Shown here in pieces: positions 9,263 through 19,693 of a DNA stretch of 64,000 nucleotides. Where the stretch lies: IMG/VR virus record IMGVR_UViG_3300045988_098886. One strand, written 5' to 3'. The notes beneath the pieces are model-generated. The model worked only from the letters and a program-made list of their open reading frames with translations, made no database searches and had not been told where the DNA came from. Every line of letters begins with the position of its first letter. Within the stretch, counting starts at the first letter, position 1. A program made the position numbers and the translations under genes. This stretch comes from a virus.

Positions 9263-9789
9263 TATTTCTCTCCAGTATGTCCAAATCCACCTTTACGGTC
9301 TGTTTCGTTTAATCTAGCTACTTCTTCCCATTCAGCCTTAGCTACCGTTGCAAATACTAATTGAGCAATACGTTCTCCATCCTCAATCCACACCGCTTCG
9401 TGACCTTGGTTAATGACTATTATACCAATTTCGTTTCTGTAGTCAGCATCAATTGTACCTGGAGTGTTAAGTATAGTAATTCCCTTCTTTAGAGCCAGTC
9501 CGCTTCTAGGTCTTACTTGGCACTCATAGATAAACTCACAGTCTTGGTCAGTAACTGGAAGAGCAATCTTTAATCCAGTCGGAATAAGTGCCCTAGCACC
9601 TGGGTCAAGACGAAGCATTGTAACCTTGTTAATATCGGATTTAAAAAGAATTTCACAATCCCCGAATGCTTTAATAGGATTATCAACTGTTACTCTACTA
9701 AAGTCTGCACGTACATCCATACCTGCTGACATAGGAGTTTCATACTGTGGAAGTTTATTGTTCGATAGATTAATTACTTGTACCTTCAT
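9262..9789 (-). CDS. dut: dUTP diphosphatase (trimeric dUTPase)
   Basis: [44 protein letters not shown]: all five dUTPase motifs are recognisable. Confidence 0.9.
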   Translation of the reverse strand: MKVQVINLSNNKLPQYETPMSAGMDVRADFSRVTVDNPIKAFGDCEILFKSDINKVTMLRLDPGARALIPTGLKIALPVTDQDCEFIYECQVRPRSGLALKKGITILNTPGTIDADYRNEIGIIVINQGHEAVWIEDGERIAQLVFATVAKAEWEEVARLNETDRKGGFGHTGEK

Positions 9790-10042
9790 TTAAATAATTT
9801 ATTAGGGAGTTTAATACGTCTTTATCTGCTTCTGAATAGAAAGCCTTAATTAGTTCATCTCCTTCATAAACAGCAACAAACGGAGTCATTCTGGCTCCGC
9901 ATGATGCTTTTATTTTATATGCTTGCTTTTTTTCTTTATAGCTGCCTTCATCAAACAACTCTAAAAAGATTCCAGATAAATTTGCATCTAGTATCCTCTT
10001 TGAATCAGAAGGATTACTATAAACAAACTTTACTGTTACCAT
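9770..10042 (-). CDS. hypothetical protein (90 aa)
   Basis: ORF track. Confidence 0.5.
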   Translation of the reverse strand: MVTVKFVYSNPSDSKRILDANLSGIFLELFDEGSYKEKKQAYKIKASCGARMTPFVAVYEGDELIKAFYSEADKDVLNSLINYLNEGTSN

Positions 10043-10497
10043 GCAATTGTTATGTAAAGATACTTAGTAGTGTAAGGACCTGTCTCACATGAGAACTCAA
10101 TTATGTCACTATCATCGAATAAATCATAGATACTTCCATATCTGTCTTCCCCTAGTGTAGTCCAATCAACATAATCCCTTAAATCTTCTGGAATTCTATG
10201 TCTCTCATCCATTATGTAGTCTTGTCTAGCGTCATAGAGCATATCATCAATATCATCGTCATTATATACTCTATATGTCTCTTCGGTACCATCTTCTTTC
10301 TCAAAAGTAATTTCTCCATCATCCCACTCATCAACTGTGATTTTTTCAAGGATATTCTGAATTTCTTCTTCTGGAGTGTCTTCATCAAAATAAGCTTTAT
10401 ACAGGTCTAGGACGGCTACAACTTTCCAAGGGTTATCATATTCTTTATCTTCTAAGTAAGTAGCCATAAAATTGAGTTTCTCTTCTCTTTCAGTCAT
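10036..10497 (-). CDS. hypothetical acidic protein (153 aa)
   Basis: ORF track. Very D/E-rich. Confidence 0.6.
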   Translation of the reverse strand: MTEREEKLNFMATYLEDKEYDNPWKVVAVLDLYKAYFDEDTPEEEIQNILEKITVDEWDDGEITFEKEDGTEETYRVYNDDDIDDMLYDARQDYIMDERHRIPEDLRDYVDWTTLGEDRYGSIYDLFDDSDIIEFSCETGPYTTKYLYITIAW

Positions 10498-10509
10498 TTT
10501 AGTAAATTT

Positions 10510-11928
10510 TTATTGTAATAAATGAACATCTTTTCTTGTCCGAGACAATGCTACATACTGCAATTGTCTTCTTTCATCTTCATCTTTACAAAGGTTGATA
10601 TTCTTCATATCAACGAAAACCTCTCCATAAGAACTTCCTTGAGACTTATGTGTAGAGCAGGCATAGCCATAATCAAAGGACTTCTTTCTAATTAACCTAT
10701 TTTCATAGAACATATCTACTGGAGTTGTGAAACTTCCAATGACATTGTAGTATTCCTTCCAAGCAGTTCTAGATTGCTGAAGTCTACCATTCTCCTTTAG
10801 GTTAATAGCTTGTAATCGCAGTCCTTCAATACGTGATGCTAGAGCTTGCATATAATCAGAATCAATATCTCTTGAAATCATAGATATTGGAGTTCTGTCA
10901 TCTGTATTAGAATCATACAGTGTAAGCTCATATCCTGGGACTTTCATAAACCCAGGAATATAAATATCACGCTTTTCCGGCTCGTCTACTATAATATAAT
11001 CCATTGAGTTCCAGAACTTAATGCCATTAAATTCGAGATTCTCATATCCGGTTAAGAACTCAAACTGATGATATTCAACAGTTTTTGCATCTTCCCAGAT
11101 TACTCTTCTGATACAATTGTTATAGCTAGTAACCATAACATTCGTATATGACAATATTTTAGTTGCCAATATATCTCCATCTCTCATTGCTTTCTTGTAA
11201 GCTGGCACTGCTGCCTTTAGAAATGGAATAACATCAGAATGACAATATAGAGAACCCTCCTCTGATTCAACAGAGTGGAATCTATCAATGGTGTTACTTC
11301 TTAAAGTAGTTAATATGGGCATTAGTGCATTATTCTCTGCCTGCCTATAAATCTTAGTAAGAATATACCTATCCTCTAAGTTAAATACTTTAGAAGTAGT
11401 GAGTGAATTAACAGGACGTAATTGACATTTGTCTCCCACAAATATCACTTTACAATTAAATGCAACACACTTCTCTATTAACAAATCAAATAAATCATCA
11501 TTTATCATAGAAGATTCGTCACATATAACTACTCCACCTCTCGGTATCTGTATTCTCTTATCATTCACCCTGAACTTTAAATCCTTAAAGTCCAATTCAA
11601 GGATTTCAATATTTGGAGAAAGTTGCAATAACTGATGCAATGTTATAGCGTCTCTATTGGTAAATCTTGAAAGTACCAATTTGGCTTTGTGAGTTGGGGC
11701 ACATAAAGCATACTCCATTGTAAATTCAGAATCCATATACTCAATGAGAGTTCTCATTAAGAAACTTTTTCCTGTACCTGCTGCTCCAATTAATGAAAAT
11801 GCTCTTTTGTTTTTATCCTTTAAGAACTCTTTCATTGCATCTAATGCTTCTACTTGCTGTTCTCCCAGTTGAGGTTTTTCTGTTTCTACACCTATGTTTG
11901 ATAGTGTGAAGTTAAACATACTATGCAA
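10510..11928 (-). CDS. SF1 DNA helicase, Dda/RecD-like
   Basis: Walker A GAAGTGKSF, Walker B VVICDESSM, and the late motif CSTHKSQGSSY typical of RecD/Dda. Confidence 0.85.
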   Translation of the reverse strand: MHSMFNFTLSNIGVETEKPQLGEQQVEALDAMKEFLKDKNKRAFSLIGAAGTGKSFLMRTLIEYMDSEFTMEYALCAPTHKAKLVLSRFTNRDAITLHQLLQLSPNIEILELDFKDLKFRVNDKRIQIPRGGVVICDESSMINDDLFDLLIEKCVAFNCKVIFVGDKCQLRPVNSLTTSKVFNLEDRYILTKIYRQAENNALMPILTTLRSNTIDRFHSVESEEGSLYCHSDVIPFLKAAVPAYKKAMRDGDILATKILSYTNVMVTSYNNCIRRVIWEDAKTVEYHQFEFLTGYENLEFNGIKFWNSMDYIIVDEPEKRDIYIPGFMKVPGYELTLYDSNTDDRTPISMISRDIDSDYMQALASRIEGLRLQAINLKENGRLQQSRTAWKEYYNVIGSFTTPVDMFYENRLIRKKSFDYGYACSTHKSQGSSYGEVFVDMKNINLCKDEDERRQLQYVALSRTRKDVHLLQ

Positions 11929-12109
11929 ACATTAGCGTAAGTAATACTATCACTGTAATAACAGCCTTATATGGGTATCTATCCATTTCTTTATCAAGGT
12001 CACTATGCCGTTTGATGTAATCTCTTCCTACAGGATTGAGTGTAAATATAGAAGTTAATACTACATCTGCAATCCATATCCATGCAATAATTTGTGCTAT
12101 TAAAACCAT
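11921..12109 (-). CDS. small membrane protein (62 aa)
   Basis: ORF track. Two hydrophobic segments. Confidence 0.45.
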   Translation of the reverse strand: MVLIAQIIAWIWIADVVLTSIFTLNPVGRDYIKRHSDLDKEMDRYPYKAVITVIVLLTLMFA

Positions 12110-12110
12110 A

Positions 12111-12142
12111 ATAAATAAAAAAGAGCAACCTTATGGCTGCTC
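12111..12142 (-). terminator. rho-independent terminator after nrdG
   Basis: RNA: GAGCAGCC-AUAA-GGUUGCUC followed by UUUUUUAUUUAU. Confidence 0.6.
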
Positions 12143-12637
12143 CTTCCAAAATAAACGTGTAATATCTTCTAATACATAAAGACCTGCTTCCTCATAGGTT
12201 TTATTAACCTTATACATTTTTTGATTGGTATTAGGATTATCAAGTGGTCCACATTCTTCAATGTAAGGACCAAGCTTGATATAATCAAAGTTTTTTAAAC
12301 AAATATCTTGGGGTATTTCTTTTCTACCACTATACCAAGCTATCTTTACATCGGCCCAACTTCCAGGAGTATCATTCATACTGCGCATTATATCAGCTAA
12401 CCAATTAATGTATGCTGGCTCTGAATCCCCTCCCATGAATGCTACACAGGTAATTCCTTTATTATCAAGCATTAGTTCTACTAGAGAATCTTCGTCAAGA
12501 GGTTTTCCAATATCCTCTGCCAAGTAAGAGCTATGACAGCCCTTACAATGACATGGGCAATTGGATATATTTATACAGAGAGTGATTTCATCTGGAATCT
12601 CCCTTAAAGTTACTGCTGTGTCTGTGTATTTTATCAT
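12131..12637 (-). CDS. nrdG: anaerobic ribonucleotide reductase activating protein (radical SAM)
   Basis: The cysteine cluster NCPCHCKGCHS contains CxxxCxxC. It lies directly downstream of nrdD. Confidence 0.75.
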   Translation of the reverse strand: MIKYTDTAVTLREIPDEITLCINISNCPCHCKGCHSSYLAEDIGKPLDEDSLVELMLDNKGITCVAFMGGDSEPAYINWLADIMRSMNDTPGSWADVKIAWYSGRKEIPQDICLKNFDYIKLGPYIEECGPLDNPNTNQKMYKVNKTYEEAGLYVLEDITRLFWKEQP

Positions 12638-12640
12638 ACT

Positions 12641-13000
12641 TTAATCAGATTCGTGTAATACAAATACAATTGGCTTGCCATCTACTTCACATACTGATAA
12701 CACCTCTTCATTAGGGTCACAATCATTCATTTCTTTCAGCCATGTATCTAATGTACAAATAACAAAGCCAGACCAGCCATCTGGACCACCTAAGAACCAA
12801 CCCTTTTCTCTAATGATAGAGAAATCTCCATCAAAATCCTGTAGATTATTTCTAACCTTGTCCAACCAATCGTCCATGGATTTATCTCCATAGACTGAAC
12901 AACAGTAATATTTAGATGTATCGAAATGAGCTAAGATAATTTTCTTAGCCAATTCTACGTCGCACACCCAACCATTCTCTATACCTGTCATATTATTCAT
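12641..13000 (-). CDS. hypothetical protein (119 aa)
   Basis: ORF track. It lies between nrdD and nrdG. Confidence 0.6.
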   Translation of the reverse strand: MNNMTGIENGWVCDVELAKKIILAHFDTSKYYCCSVYGDKSMDDWLDKVRNNLQDFDGDFSIIREKGWFLGGPDGWSGFVICTLDTWLKEMNDCDPNEEVLSVCEVDGKPIVFVLHESD

Positions 13001-15206
13001 TTACTGTATACCCTAGTTTAGATTCATCTACTGTATATGTAAGATGATTATATACTCTATGTGTTTGCTCCTCTTGTCTACCTGCTGACCAATTTCTTAT
13101 TTTAGTAAGATAACCTATGATTCTATCGTAAAGGTCAATGTGAGTACTTCCACACATTGGACATTTAGAAACAGGAACCTTAGTTATAAATCCGCAGTCT
13201 TGACATTCAGAATTAGGAACATTGAATGTTAAATAGCTACATCCAACAGTTGCAGCATAGTTGAGTAACAGACTTGCCTGATTCTTGGTAGGATGTTCAG
13301 ATAGATTGATGTGTGCGGCACTTCCTCCGTCTAACCAATCTCCTACATATTCACTACCATGTAGCTTGATTTTCTCAAGAATAGAACTATTTGATTCTGG
13401 TAGGAATACATAAGAAGTGTATAGATTTCTGTCTTTAGGAACCCAATATCCATCAGCTTTATCCCAGTTGTAGTTCTTTACAGCTAAAGATTCAGCAGGA
13501 ACTAGTTCAGTATTAAACATGGTTTTCTTAGTATTGTGAAGTTGATTTTGTTCCTTGATAGTTCCAAATATAAAGTTACAGAATTCCTTATATTCTTTGT
13601 TGTCACTACATTTTATCCCTAAGAACATTGCAGCTTCATTTAATCCATTTAGACCAATAGTTAAATACTGGTTATTTAGATTAATGAATCCGGCTTCATA
13701 AACAGGAAGTAAGTGCGCGTTATATAAATCCCAAAGTAATTCATTATAAGCTGTATGGTATTTATAGACCCTTTCAAGAATATCCTTTAAATACTCTCCA
13801 AGTTCCGGATAGCATGAAGGACTTAATTGAGTTCCGGGTATCGGACAATCATCCTTGTATTCTCGGATATAATTCTGAATAATTCTATTCAGGTTAAGAG
13901 TAATTACAGATTTAGAACCAGTTTGTTCTCCAACTAACCCATTGGTAAATGTAAATTCATTGGATTGTAATTTATTCTTTAGTCTACAACAGCTTGATAA
14001 AGAATCTACACTGTCACTTATATAAGTAAAGAATGAATGTCCTTCCGCATATTCTTCTGATATAAAGTCAGCCCATTCTTGGTCTTCGAATTTCCCATCT
14101 TTATAAAGAAGAGATACAGTTTCAACTGGGAATGTGAGCATACAACGAAGTCTCTCTGCATTAAACCATTTCATGAATTTCTTTTGCAGCCAATTTAAAG
14201 AATCCCATTTTGGAGTATCTCCATCCGGGAATACGAAATGTCCGTACATTCCTTCAAAATAAGGTTTATCAAAATAACTTACATTCCAGAAAGCTGATTG
14301 GAAACCCCTTGCTGCTGCTGGCTGATTTACAGAATATACAATTTGTTGAAAGTACTGCTCTATTTGCTTACCGATAGTACCTTCATCAATTTTATTTCCA
14401 TTTTCGTCTTCATGCCATCTATGTTTAGCATTATCACCGTCAGCATATTTGAAATAATGGTCACCCCATTTCTTACGAGCAAAGTGGTCAAACATTACTA
14501 AGAAACTGGCTGTTGCAACAGCTCCTGCGAATTGAGAAGATACAGCAAATATCATATTTACAAACATTCCACAAAATGAATCAAGGTTCTTTGGAGATGC
14601 AGATAGACCACCAATTCCCTTAATTCCGCCTTGTAGAAATGGATAACAAGATAAAGCTACACAATATGGGAATCCAAATGTAGAGTTCTCATCATGCTTG
14701 TAAAGAATATGATTCTTCAAGTCTCTTTCATATTGTTTCGAATCGAAATCTGGATAAAGAACTTGTAATTTTTCCTTTACTCTGTACCTATTAAGGTCTA
14801 TATTATTGCTTTTATACAATTCATTGTTAAGTACAGCAATGTTCTTATTCGCAACGTTTGAATTATCGTCAACTTCAGAACCTTCTGCTGCATTAGAAGC
14901 TCTCATAAATTCCTTTATAAATTCTTCTCTTTCTCTCACATTCTCACGAACACGAGCTCTATTTTCTCTATATAATATATAGGCTTTAGCAACATCGGGG
15001 AAGTCAAAGTCCATAAGAATTTCTTCTATTTGGTCTTGAATATCCTCAATAGCTATTTCATCCCATATCTCAATAGAATCTAAAATATCATTAACAGTAT
15101 CTTCTTGTGGTGTGTATCCGCAAGCAGTAAATGCTTTTAGGATTGCAATTTTGATTTTAGAAGCATTAAAAGCTTCGCTTGTTCCGTCTCTTTTTACTAC
15201 GTTCAT
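12993..15206 (-). CDS. nrdD: anaerobic ribonucleoside-triphosphate reductase (class III)
   Basis: N-terminal ATP-cone VVKRDGTSEAFNASKI. C-terminal Zn site CQDCGF..CPMCGS, followed by the glycyl-radical motif DRIIGYLT. Confidence 0.9.
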   Translation of the reverse strand: MNVVKRDGTSEAFNASKIKIAILKAFTACGYTPQEDTVNDILDSIEIWDEIAIEDIQDQIEEILMDFDFPDVAKAYILYRENRARVRENVREREEFIKEFMRASNAAEGSEVDDNSNVANKNIAVLNNELYKSNNIDLNRYRVKEKLQVLYPDFDSKQYERDLKNHILYKHDENSTFGFPYCVALSCYPFLQGGIKGIGGLSASPKNLDSFCGMFVNMIFAVSSQFAGAVATASFLVMFDHFARKKWGDHYFKYADGDNAKHRWHEDENGNKIDEGTIGKQIEQYFQQIVYSVNQPAAARGFQSAFWNVSYFDKPYFEGMYGHFVFPDGDTPKWDSLNWLQKKFMKWFNAERLRCMLTFPVETVSLLYKDGKFEDQEWADFISEEYAEGHSFFTYISDSVDSLSSCCRLKNKLQSNEFTFTNGLVGEQTGSKSVITLNLNRIIQNYIREYKDDCPIPGTQLSPSCYPELGEYLKDILERVYKYHTAYNELLWDLYNAHLLPVYEAGFINLNNQYLTIGLNGLNEAAMFLGIKCSDNKEYKEFCNFIFGTIKEQNQLHNTKKTMFNTELVPAESLAVKNYNWDKADGYWVPKDRNLYTSYVFLPESNSSILEKIKLHGSEYVGDWLDGGSAAHINLSEHPTKNQASLLLNYAATVGCSYLTFNVPNSECQDCGFITKVPVSKCPMCGSTHIDLYDRIIGYLTKIRNWSAGRQEEQTHRVYNHLTYTVDESKLGYTVNE

Positions 15207-15243
15207 AAATATATAATTGTTTATATTGTGCCGAAATGCTTTA

Positions 15244-15274
15244 CAAAGATAATAAAAATTTTCGACACCTCAAA
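15244..15274 (-). promoter_or_regulatory. Bacteroidota-type promoter for nrdD
   Basis: Minus strand: TTTG (15271-15274), 19 nt, TATCTTTG (15244-15251). It lies about 38 nt before the nrdD ATG. Confidence 0.65.
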
Positions 15275-15282
15275 ACAAATCA

Positions 15283-16059
15283 CTATACTGTTAAGATGTC
15301 TTTTAGTAGCAAAGTTTTCTCAACCTTGTTCATTATATCTTTTCCTCCATCATTACTAATTAATTGAGTAAATGCATTATATACAGTGAACATATTTACC
15401 GGCTGGTCTTCTGGAATGAAATATTCAGATTTCTTATCGAATAATAATTTATAAGCATCTATTGGAGTACTAGTTGCCAACTTTACTTTTCCATATCCAG
15501 AATCATATGCCATATTAATAGAGTTTCTCACCCACATTCCAAGATTTCTCTCGATTTGTTCATCAGTTCTTGCAAACTCTGTATTGTGTAATTTTTCCAA
15601 CCATACTTTCATATCATTAGTCTGTTCCATTAGAGTGGTTACAGGTCTATAATTGATAGCTTTTTCTGGTGATAATTCTTGAATACTCAAGAAAGAAGGA
15701 TTGAATACACAGAGATTTGTACAAGCTCTATTAAGTCCACCTCTATAAATCTTTACTATTGGCTTACGTACATCTAATCCATATATAAAACCAACTACTT
15801 CATCGTGATTATCAAATGAATACTCTTCTGGCATTACTGCCTGTATCCATACACGATTATAAGTAATATCTTCCATATCTATTCCTCCATCTTTGGTTTT
15901 AGTTATCTGGTCTGGCATCTTTACTTGGATTCTGAAATCATCAGTAAATTTAGACATTCTTTCCAAGAAAGGTGTTACGTAAGCTTCAGTTCTAAAATAC
16001 TCATTGTCTTTAATAACTGTAGCTTTACCTTTCAATAATTCAGGCAGCGTTATTTCCAT
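15283..16059 (-). CDS. hypothetical protein (258 aa)
   Basis: ORF track. No motif recognised. Confidence 0.65.
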   Translation of the reverse strand: MEITLPELLKGKATVIKDNEYFRTEAYVTPFLERMSKFTDDFRIQVKMPDQITKTKDGGIDMEDITYNRVWIQAVMPEEYSFDNHDEVVGFIYGLDVRKPIVKIYRGGLNRACTNLCVFNPSFLSIQELSPEKAINYRPVTTLMEQTNDMKVWLEKLHNTEFARTDEQIERNLGMWVRNSINMAYDSGYGKVKLATSTPIDAYKLLFDKKSEYFIPEDQPVNMFTVYNAFTQLISNDGGKDIMNKVEKTLLLKDILTV

Positions 16060-16066
16060 TTATTAT

Positions 16067-17203
16067 TTATTTATCGTTATTGTTAAGCAGTTTTTCATTC
16101 AAAACTTCCCACACATCTTCATCATAACGAATCTCTATCAATTTTATGTCATTGTCTTTGCAATATTGTCTAACATACTCGTCGCGAGCCTGCTGTTGTT
16201 CAAATTTAAAAGTTCCTCCAAAAGCCATCTCAGGCTCATAATGTTGAATACCATTATATTCAATGAAAGTGTTATGCTCTGGTAAATAAAAATCAATATA
16301 AGCTCTGCCAGAGGTATTAATCTCGTTTGGTATTTGAATAGTATACTCTCTTACAAATTTAATTTTTTCATTTAACAATACATTGCATATTTCTCCTTCT
16401 CCTTTAGAACTAGAACAACTAGGACATCCTTCACCTTGTATATGGGAAGCAGGAGTTTGCCAAAATTCACCATGTTCGGGACATAAAATGCAAATTTTTG
16501 TATGGCTACCTGCATAGTTCACCTTTGAATAATCATATCGTTCTCCGTGAACATATTTGGCGTCTTTTAGAAAGTCATCTAGGGACTTTCTTGTATACTC
16601 ACTATGCTTTTCAGCCGAACACTTGGGACATCCCACATACTTATGAAATTGTCCAGGAAGAACTTCAAAATCACCGTGCTTAGGACATGTTATAGTTACT
16701 TTAGTGTCCCACCCAGTATACACAGTTTTACTATAATCTAATTCTGGGTGGAATTTTTTAAACTCTTGTATATAAGTATCAGTAAACTTTCTAAGCCTTT
16801 CTTCTTCTTTACATTTTAAGCAGCCAACTCCTTTAGATAAGGTGCTAACAAGTGCATTGAATTCTCCATGATTCGGACAAATCAGGGTAACAGAACCTCT
16901 ATTTCCAGTATATCTTACTTTGGAGTAATCATATTTGTCTCCAAATGTATTATATAAACGATTGATAAATTCTTCATTCGATAATCTAAGTTTAGTACTT
17001 TTAGCTAAAGAAGCACACTTATGGCAGCCATCACCTCTCCTAACATGCATTTGAGCTATAACTTCAAAGTCTCCATGCTCTGGACAGGTGACAGTTATTT
17101 TGTTTTGACTGCCAGTATATATAGATTTAGAATAATCATATTTATCCCCATGCTTTTCTTTAGCTCTAGCTATCCATTCTTCGGTGGTGAGCTTTTTGGG
17201 CAT
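16067..17203 (-). CDS. putative homing-type endonuclease: four Zn-ribbon repeats plus a Vsr/DUF559-like PD-(D/E)XK domain
   Basis: Four tandem repeats of about 60 aa: (G)xKYDYSK.xYxG....(I/V)T..CP.HG(D/E)F........G.GC.(K/S)C. The C-terminus IDFYLPEHNTFIEYNGIQHY resembles the DUF559/Vsr core. Confidence 0.5.
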   Translation of the reverse strand: MPKKLTTEEWIARAKEKHGDKYDYSKSIYTGSQNKITVTCPEHGDFEVIAQMHVRRGDGCHKCASLAKSTKLRLSNEEFINRLYNTFGDKYDYSKVRYTGNRGSVTLICPNHGEFNALVSTLSKGVGCLKCKEEERLRKFTDTYIQEFKKFHPELDYSKTVYTGWDTKVTITCPKHGDFEVLPGQFHKYVGCPKCSAEKHSEYTRKSLDDFLKDAKYVHGERYDYSKVNYAGSHTKICILCPEHGEFWQTPASHIQGEGCPSCSSSKGEGEICNVLLNEKIKFVREYTIQIPNEINTSGRAYIDFYLPEHNTFIEYNGIQHYEPEMAFGGTFKFEQQQARDEYVRQYCKDNDIKLIEIRYDEDVWEVLNEKLLNNNDK

Positions 17204-18799
17204 TTATTGTAATACAATTCTTCCGTCAATAATTTTTGCTCCATCTACAATTGAATAATCAGTACAAGCCGGAGTATTTCCGAAATTCTTGTGAATCCAT
17301 TCAGAACTTCCGAATAAAGAGCCTACTGATTTATATGTAAACCTACGTCCATAGGTTGTTGCAGATTGATGTAAATCTCCCTTTACGAATACAACCTTAT
17401 TTCCAAATATCTGTTTGTTATCAAGATATTCATTAATAAAGTTCTCTGTCTTTACATCTAAAGTCAGAGGAAGATTCTTAAACATATCCTTATTATCCTT
17501 TCCATGACAGAGGACAAATGTTGTGTCTCCTACATTGAACTCTCCAATGAACTTATCAAAGATTGTACAATCTACACCTTTATGAGTAAGAATTGCTTCT
17601 AAAGCTACATTGGCGGCATATCCAAAATCGCCGTCATGATTTGATTCCCCGACACAGATATACTTCATTTTGTTATAGTTCATGTGGTTTAATGTATCAA
17701 AGAATTCTGCCATACATTCGATAAATGTATGGATTTGTTCTTTATTACACATGTTTTGTGGCAAAGAATGTCCACCACGAGTAGTCTGACCATTATATCC
17801 ATCAAGAGAATCTCCAAGATTACAAATATAGATGTTATTGAATCCTCCATATAAAGCATTCAGTCTGAACAATTCATCAGTAATCAGTCTCAATCGTCTT
17901 TCTACTTCAGCCTTATCATAAGGATTAGAATAGATTGACAGCGAAGATACATATGCTCCAATGTGCATATCTGACAGATAAATGATTATATCTTGTTTAC
18001 CACAAGACTTCTTTGGGACATACTTAGTAAGGTTTGTGAGATTCAATCCATCTAATTCAATATGGATTCCTTCTTCCAGTTTTCTTTTCAATTCAACATT
18101 TTCAAGAGCATATTTCTTAAGAAGAAGTCTATCATTTTTAATGGATTGTTCCTCCATTGTTCTAAGGAAATCATTTTCCTTTTCACGCATTTGCATATTA
18201 ACTAACTCTTCTTGAGTGTGTTCCTCAATAATATGAGGTGCAAATGGAGCTACAGCTTTAGTAATACTGAATACTCGGAGAATACGTTTAAAATCAATAA
18301 GAGAATATTCTGGGAAATATCTACTTACTTCTCTTTGAGTAATAGACATTCCATAATATGAATACATACGATGTATGTTGTTCATTTCATCCCTTGTAAG
18401 TCTTCCTGTAAGAGGGGCCTTGTCCTTTCTTAGAACTTTAAATTCATAGAACTTAATCTTTCCGTCCTCATCACGAATAAGATTAACACTATTTCTATCG
18501 TCGTCTGCTTCAAGTTGGACTTGTTCCAAAGTAGTATCATCAGATACTTGTTCTTCAACCGGCTGTGAGAATATAGAACTCTTATCTTCAAGAGATTTTT
18601 CCCACAATTCATTGATAGCATCCATATCTTCTTTACTTACCATTCCTTCTTTGTAATGATTGGAGATATTTTCATACGTATCTTCAAAATACTTTTTAGG
18701 AAGTTTATTGGCTTTAGTAAAGTCCGACTTTGTAGTTTCTAGTTCAACTAACTGTGATAAACGTGTGATAAAATTAGTAATTGTTTTTTTGTAAATCAT
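17204..18799 (-). CDS. metallophosphoesterase-domain protein (Mre11/SbcD-like nuclease candidate)
   Basis: YLSDMHIG (DxH), NLGDSLDG (GDxxD), GESNHDGD (GNHD-like), CHGKD, KGDLHQ. Confidence 0.55.
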   Translation of the reverse strand: MIYKKTITNFITRLSQLVELETTKSDFTKANKLPKKYFEDTYENISNHYKEGMVSKEDMDAINELWEKSLEDKSSIFSQPVEEQVSDDTTLEQVQLEADDDRNSVNLIRDEDGKIKFYEFKVLRKDKAPLTGRLTRDEMNNIHRMYSYYGMSITQREVSRYFPEYSLIDFKRILRVFSITKAVAPFAPHIIEEHTQEELVNMQMREKENDFLRTMEEQSIKNDRLLLKKYALENVELKRKLEEGIHIELDGLNLTNLTKYVPKKSCGKQDIIIYLSDMHIGAYVSSLSIYSNPYDKAEVERRLRLITDELFRLNALYGGFNNIYICNLGDSLDGYNGQTTRGGHSLPQNMCNKEQIHTFIECMAEFFDTLNHMNYNKMKYICVGESNHDGDFGYAANVALEAILTHKGVDCTIFDKFIGEFNVGDTTFVLCHGKDNKDMFKNLPLTLDVKTENFINEYLDNKQIFGNKVVFVKGDLHQSATTYGRRFTYKSVGSLFGSSEWIHKNFGNTPACTDYSIVDGAKIIDGRIVLQ

Positions 18800-18844
18800 T
18801 TTTCAATGTTTTAAGTTAAGCTGTTACGCCTTTAAAGTTTATTA

Positions 18845-18884
18845 AAATAAAAAAGGAGTCCGCCTAAATTAATAGACGGACTCC
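18845..18884 (-). terminator. rho-independent terminator
   Basis: RNA: GGAGUCCG-14 nt loop-CGGACUCC followed by UUUUUUAUUUU. Confidence 0.7.
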
Positions 18885-18910
18885 TCTGGGGCTGTATTGA
18901 TACATAGAAA

Positions 18911-19462
18911 TTATGCTACAATACCAAAGCAAAGGTATGTTCCTTTCTTAGCACTCTTAGAAGGAGTATATTCTACCTCAAATGCGATAGGTTCACCTTC
19001 AAGTACTTGTTTTGTGTAAGTGCAAACGATGTCACCTTTATAACCTTTATCAGTGTAAAGGGATTTTGCAATTTCTTTAGCCTTAGCTTTTGTTTCGCTA
19101 GTTTCTGCGATAACAGAGCCAGATTTCTTATCAATTAACTGATAAGTAGTTTTGTACTTTCTCTTACCTTTTTCGTTCTTTACGTCATTTACTTTGTAAG
19201 GACGTTCACGAGTGTCAGCAGCTCCGGCTTCGATTGTAATCATACAACCTGCGTTCTTAACATTCTTAGTGTGTTTTGCAAGATAATCCAGACAGAACTC
19301 TTTGATGTCCTTTTCTGTGATTCCACCTTCGTGGTTTTTCTTCCAATTCTTATACGCCTGAGTTGCGTCTTTCATTACTTCAAATGGTAATTGAGCCTTT
19401 GCTTCTTCTTTAGTAAATGCACATACTTCTAATTTCTGGAAATTCAATACTTGTGTTGCCAT
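18911..19462 (-). CDS. hypothetical lysine-rich protein (183 aa) in its own promoter-terminator unit
   Basis: ORF track. It is preceded by two consensus promoters and followed by a strong terminator. Confidence 0.7.
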   Translation of the reverse strand: MATQVLNFQKLEVCAFTKEEAKAQLPFEVMKDATQAYKNWKKNHEGGITEKDIKEFCLDYLAKHTKNVKNAGCMITIEAGAADTRERPYKVNDVKNEKGKRKYKTTYQLIDKKSGSVIAETSETKAKAKEIAKSLYTDKGYKGDIVCTYTKQVLEGEPIAFEVEYTPSKSAKKGTYLCFGIVA

Positions 19463-19517
19463 AATTCAAAAAATTTTTTAAACATTATTCTTATTAATCA
19501 TCTTCTATTTATTGTTA

Positions 19518-19549
19518 CAAAGATAGTCATTTTTCTGTAACTTACCAAA
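19518..19549 (-). promoter_or_regulatory. Bacteroidota-type promoter (proximal)
   Basis: TTTG (19546-19549), 20 nt, TATCTTTG (19518-19525). Confidence 0.6.
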
Positions 19550-19626
19550 TAAGTTTGGTAAACAAATCTTAATAAAGTATAATCTAATTCTTGAATTATC
19601 TATTATGTTCTTCCGAAGAAGTGATA

Positions 19627-19657
19627 CAAAGATACTACATTTTTTCGAGGTTGCAAA
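19627..19657 (-). promoter_or_regulatory. Bacteroidota-type promoter (distal)
   Basis: TTTG (19654-19657), 19 nt, TATCTTTG (19627-19634). Confidence 0.6.
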
Positions 19658-19693
19658 ACCTCACTTGTTAAAAAGTGTGAAAATAAATTTATA

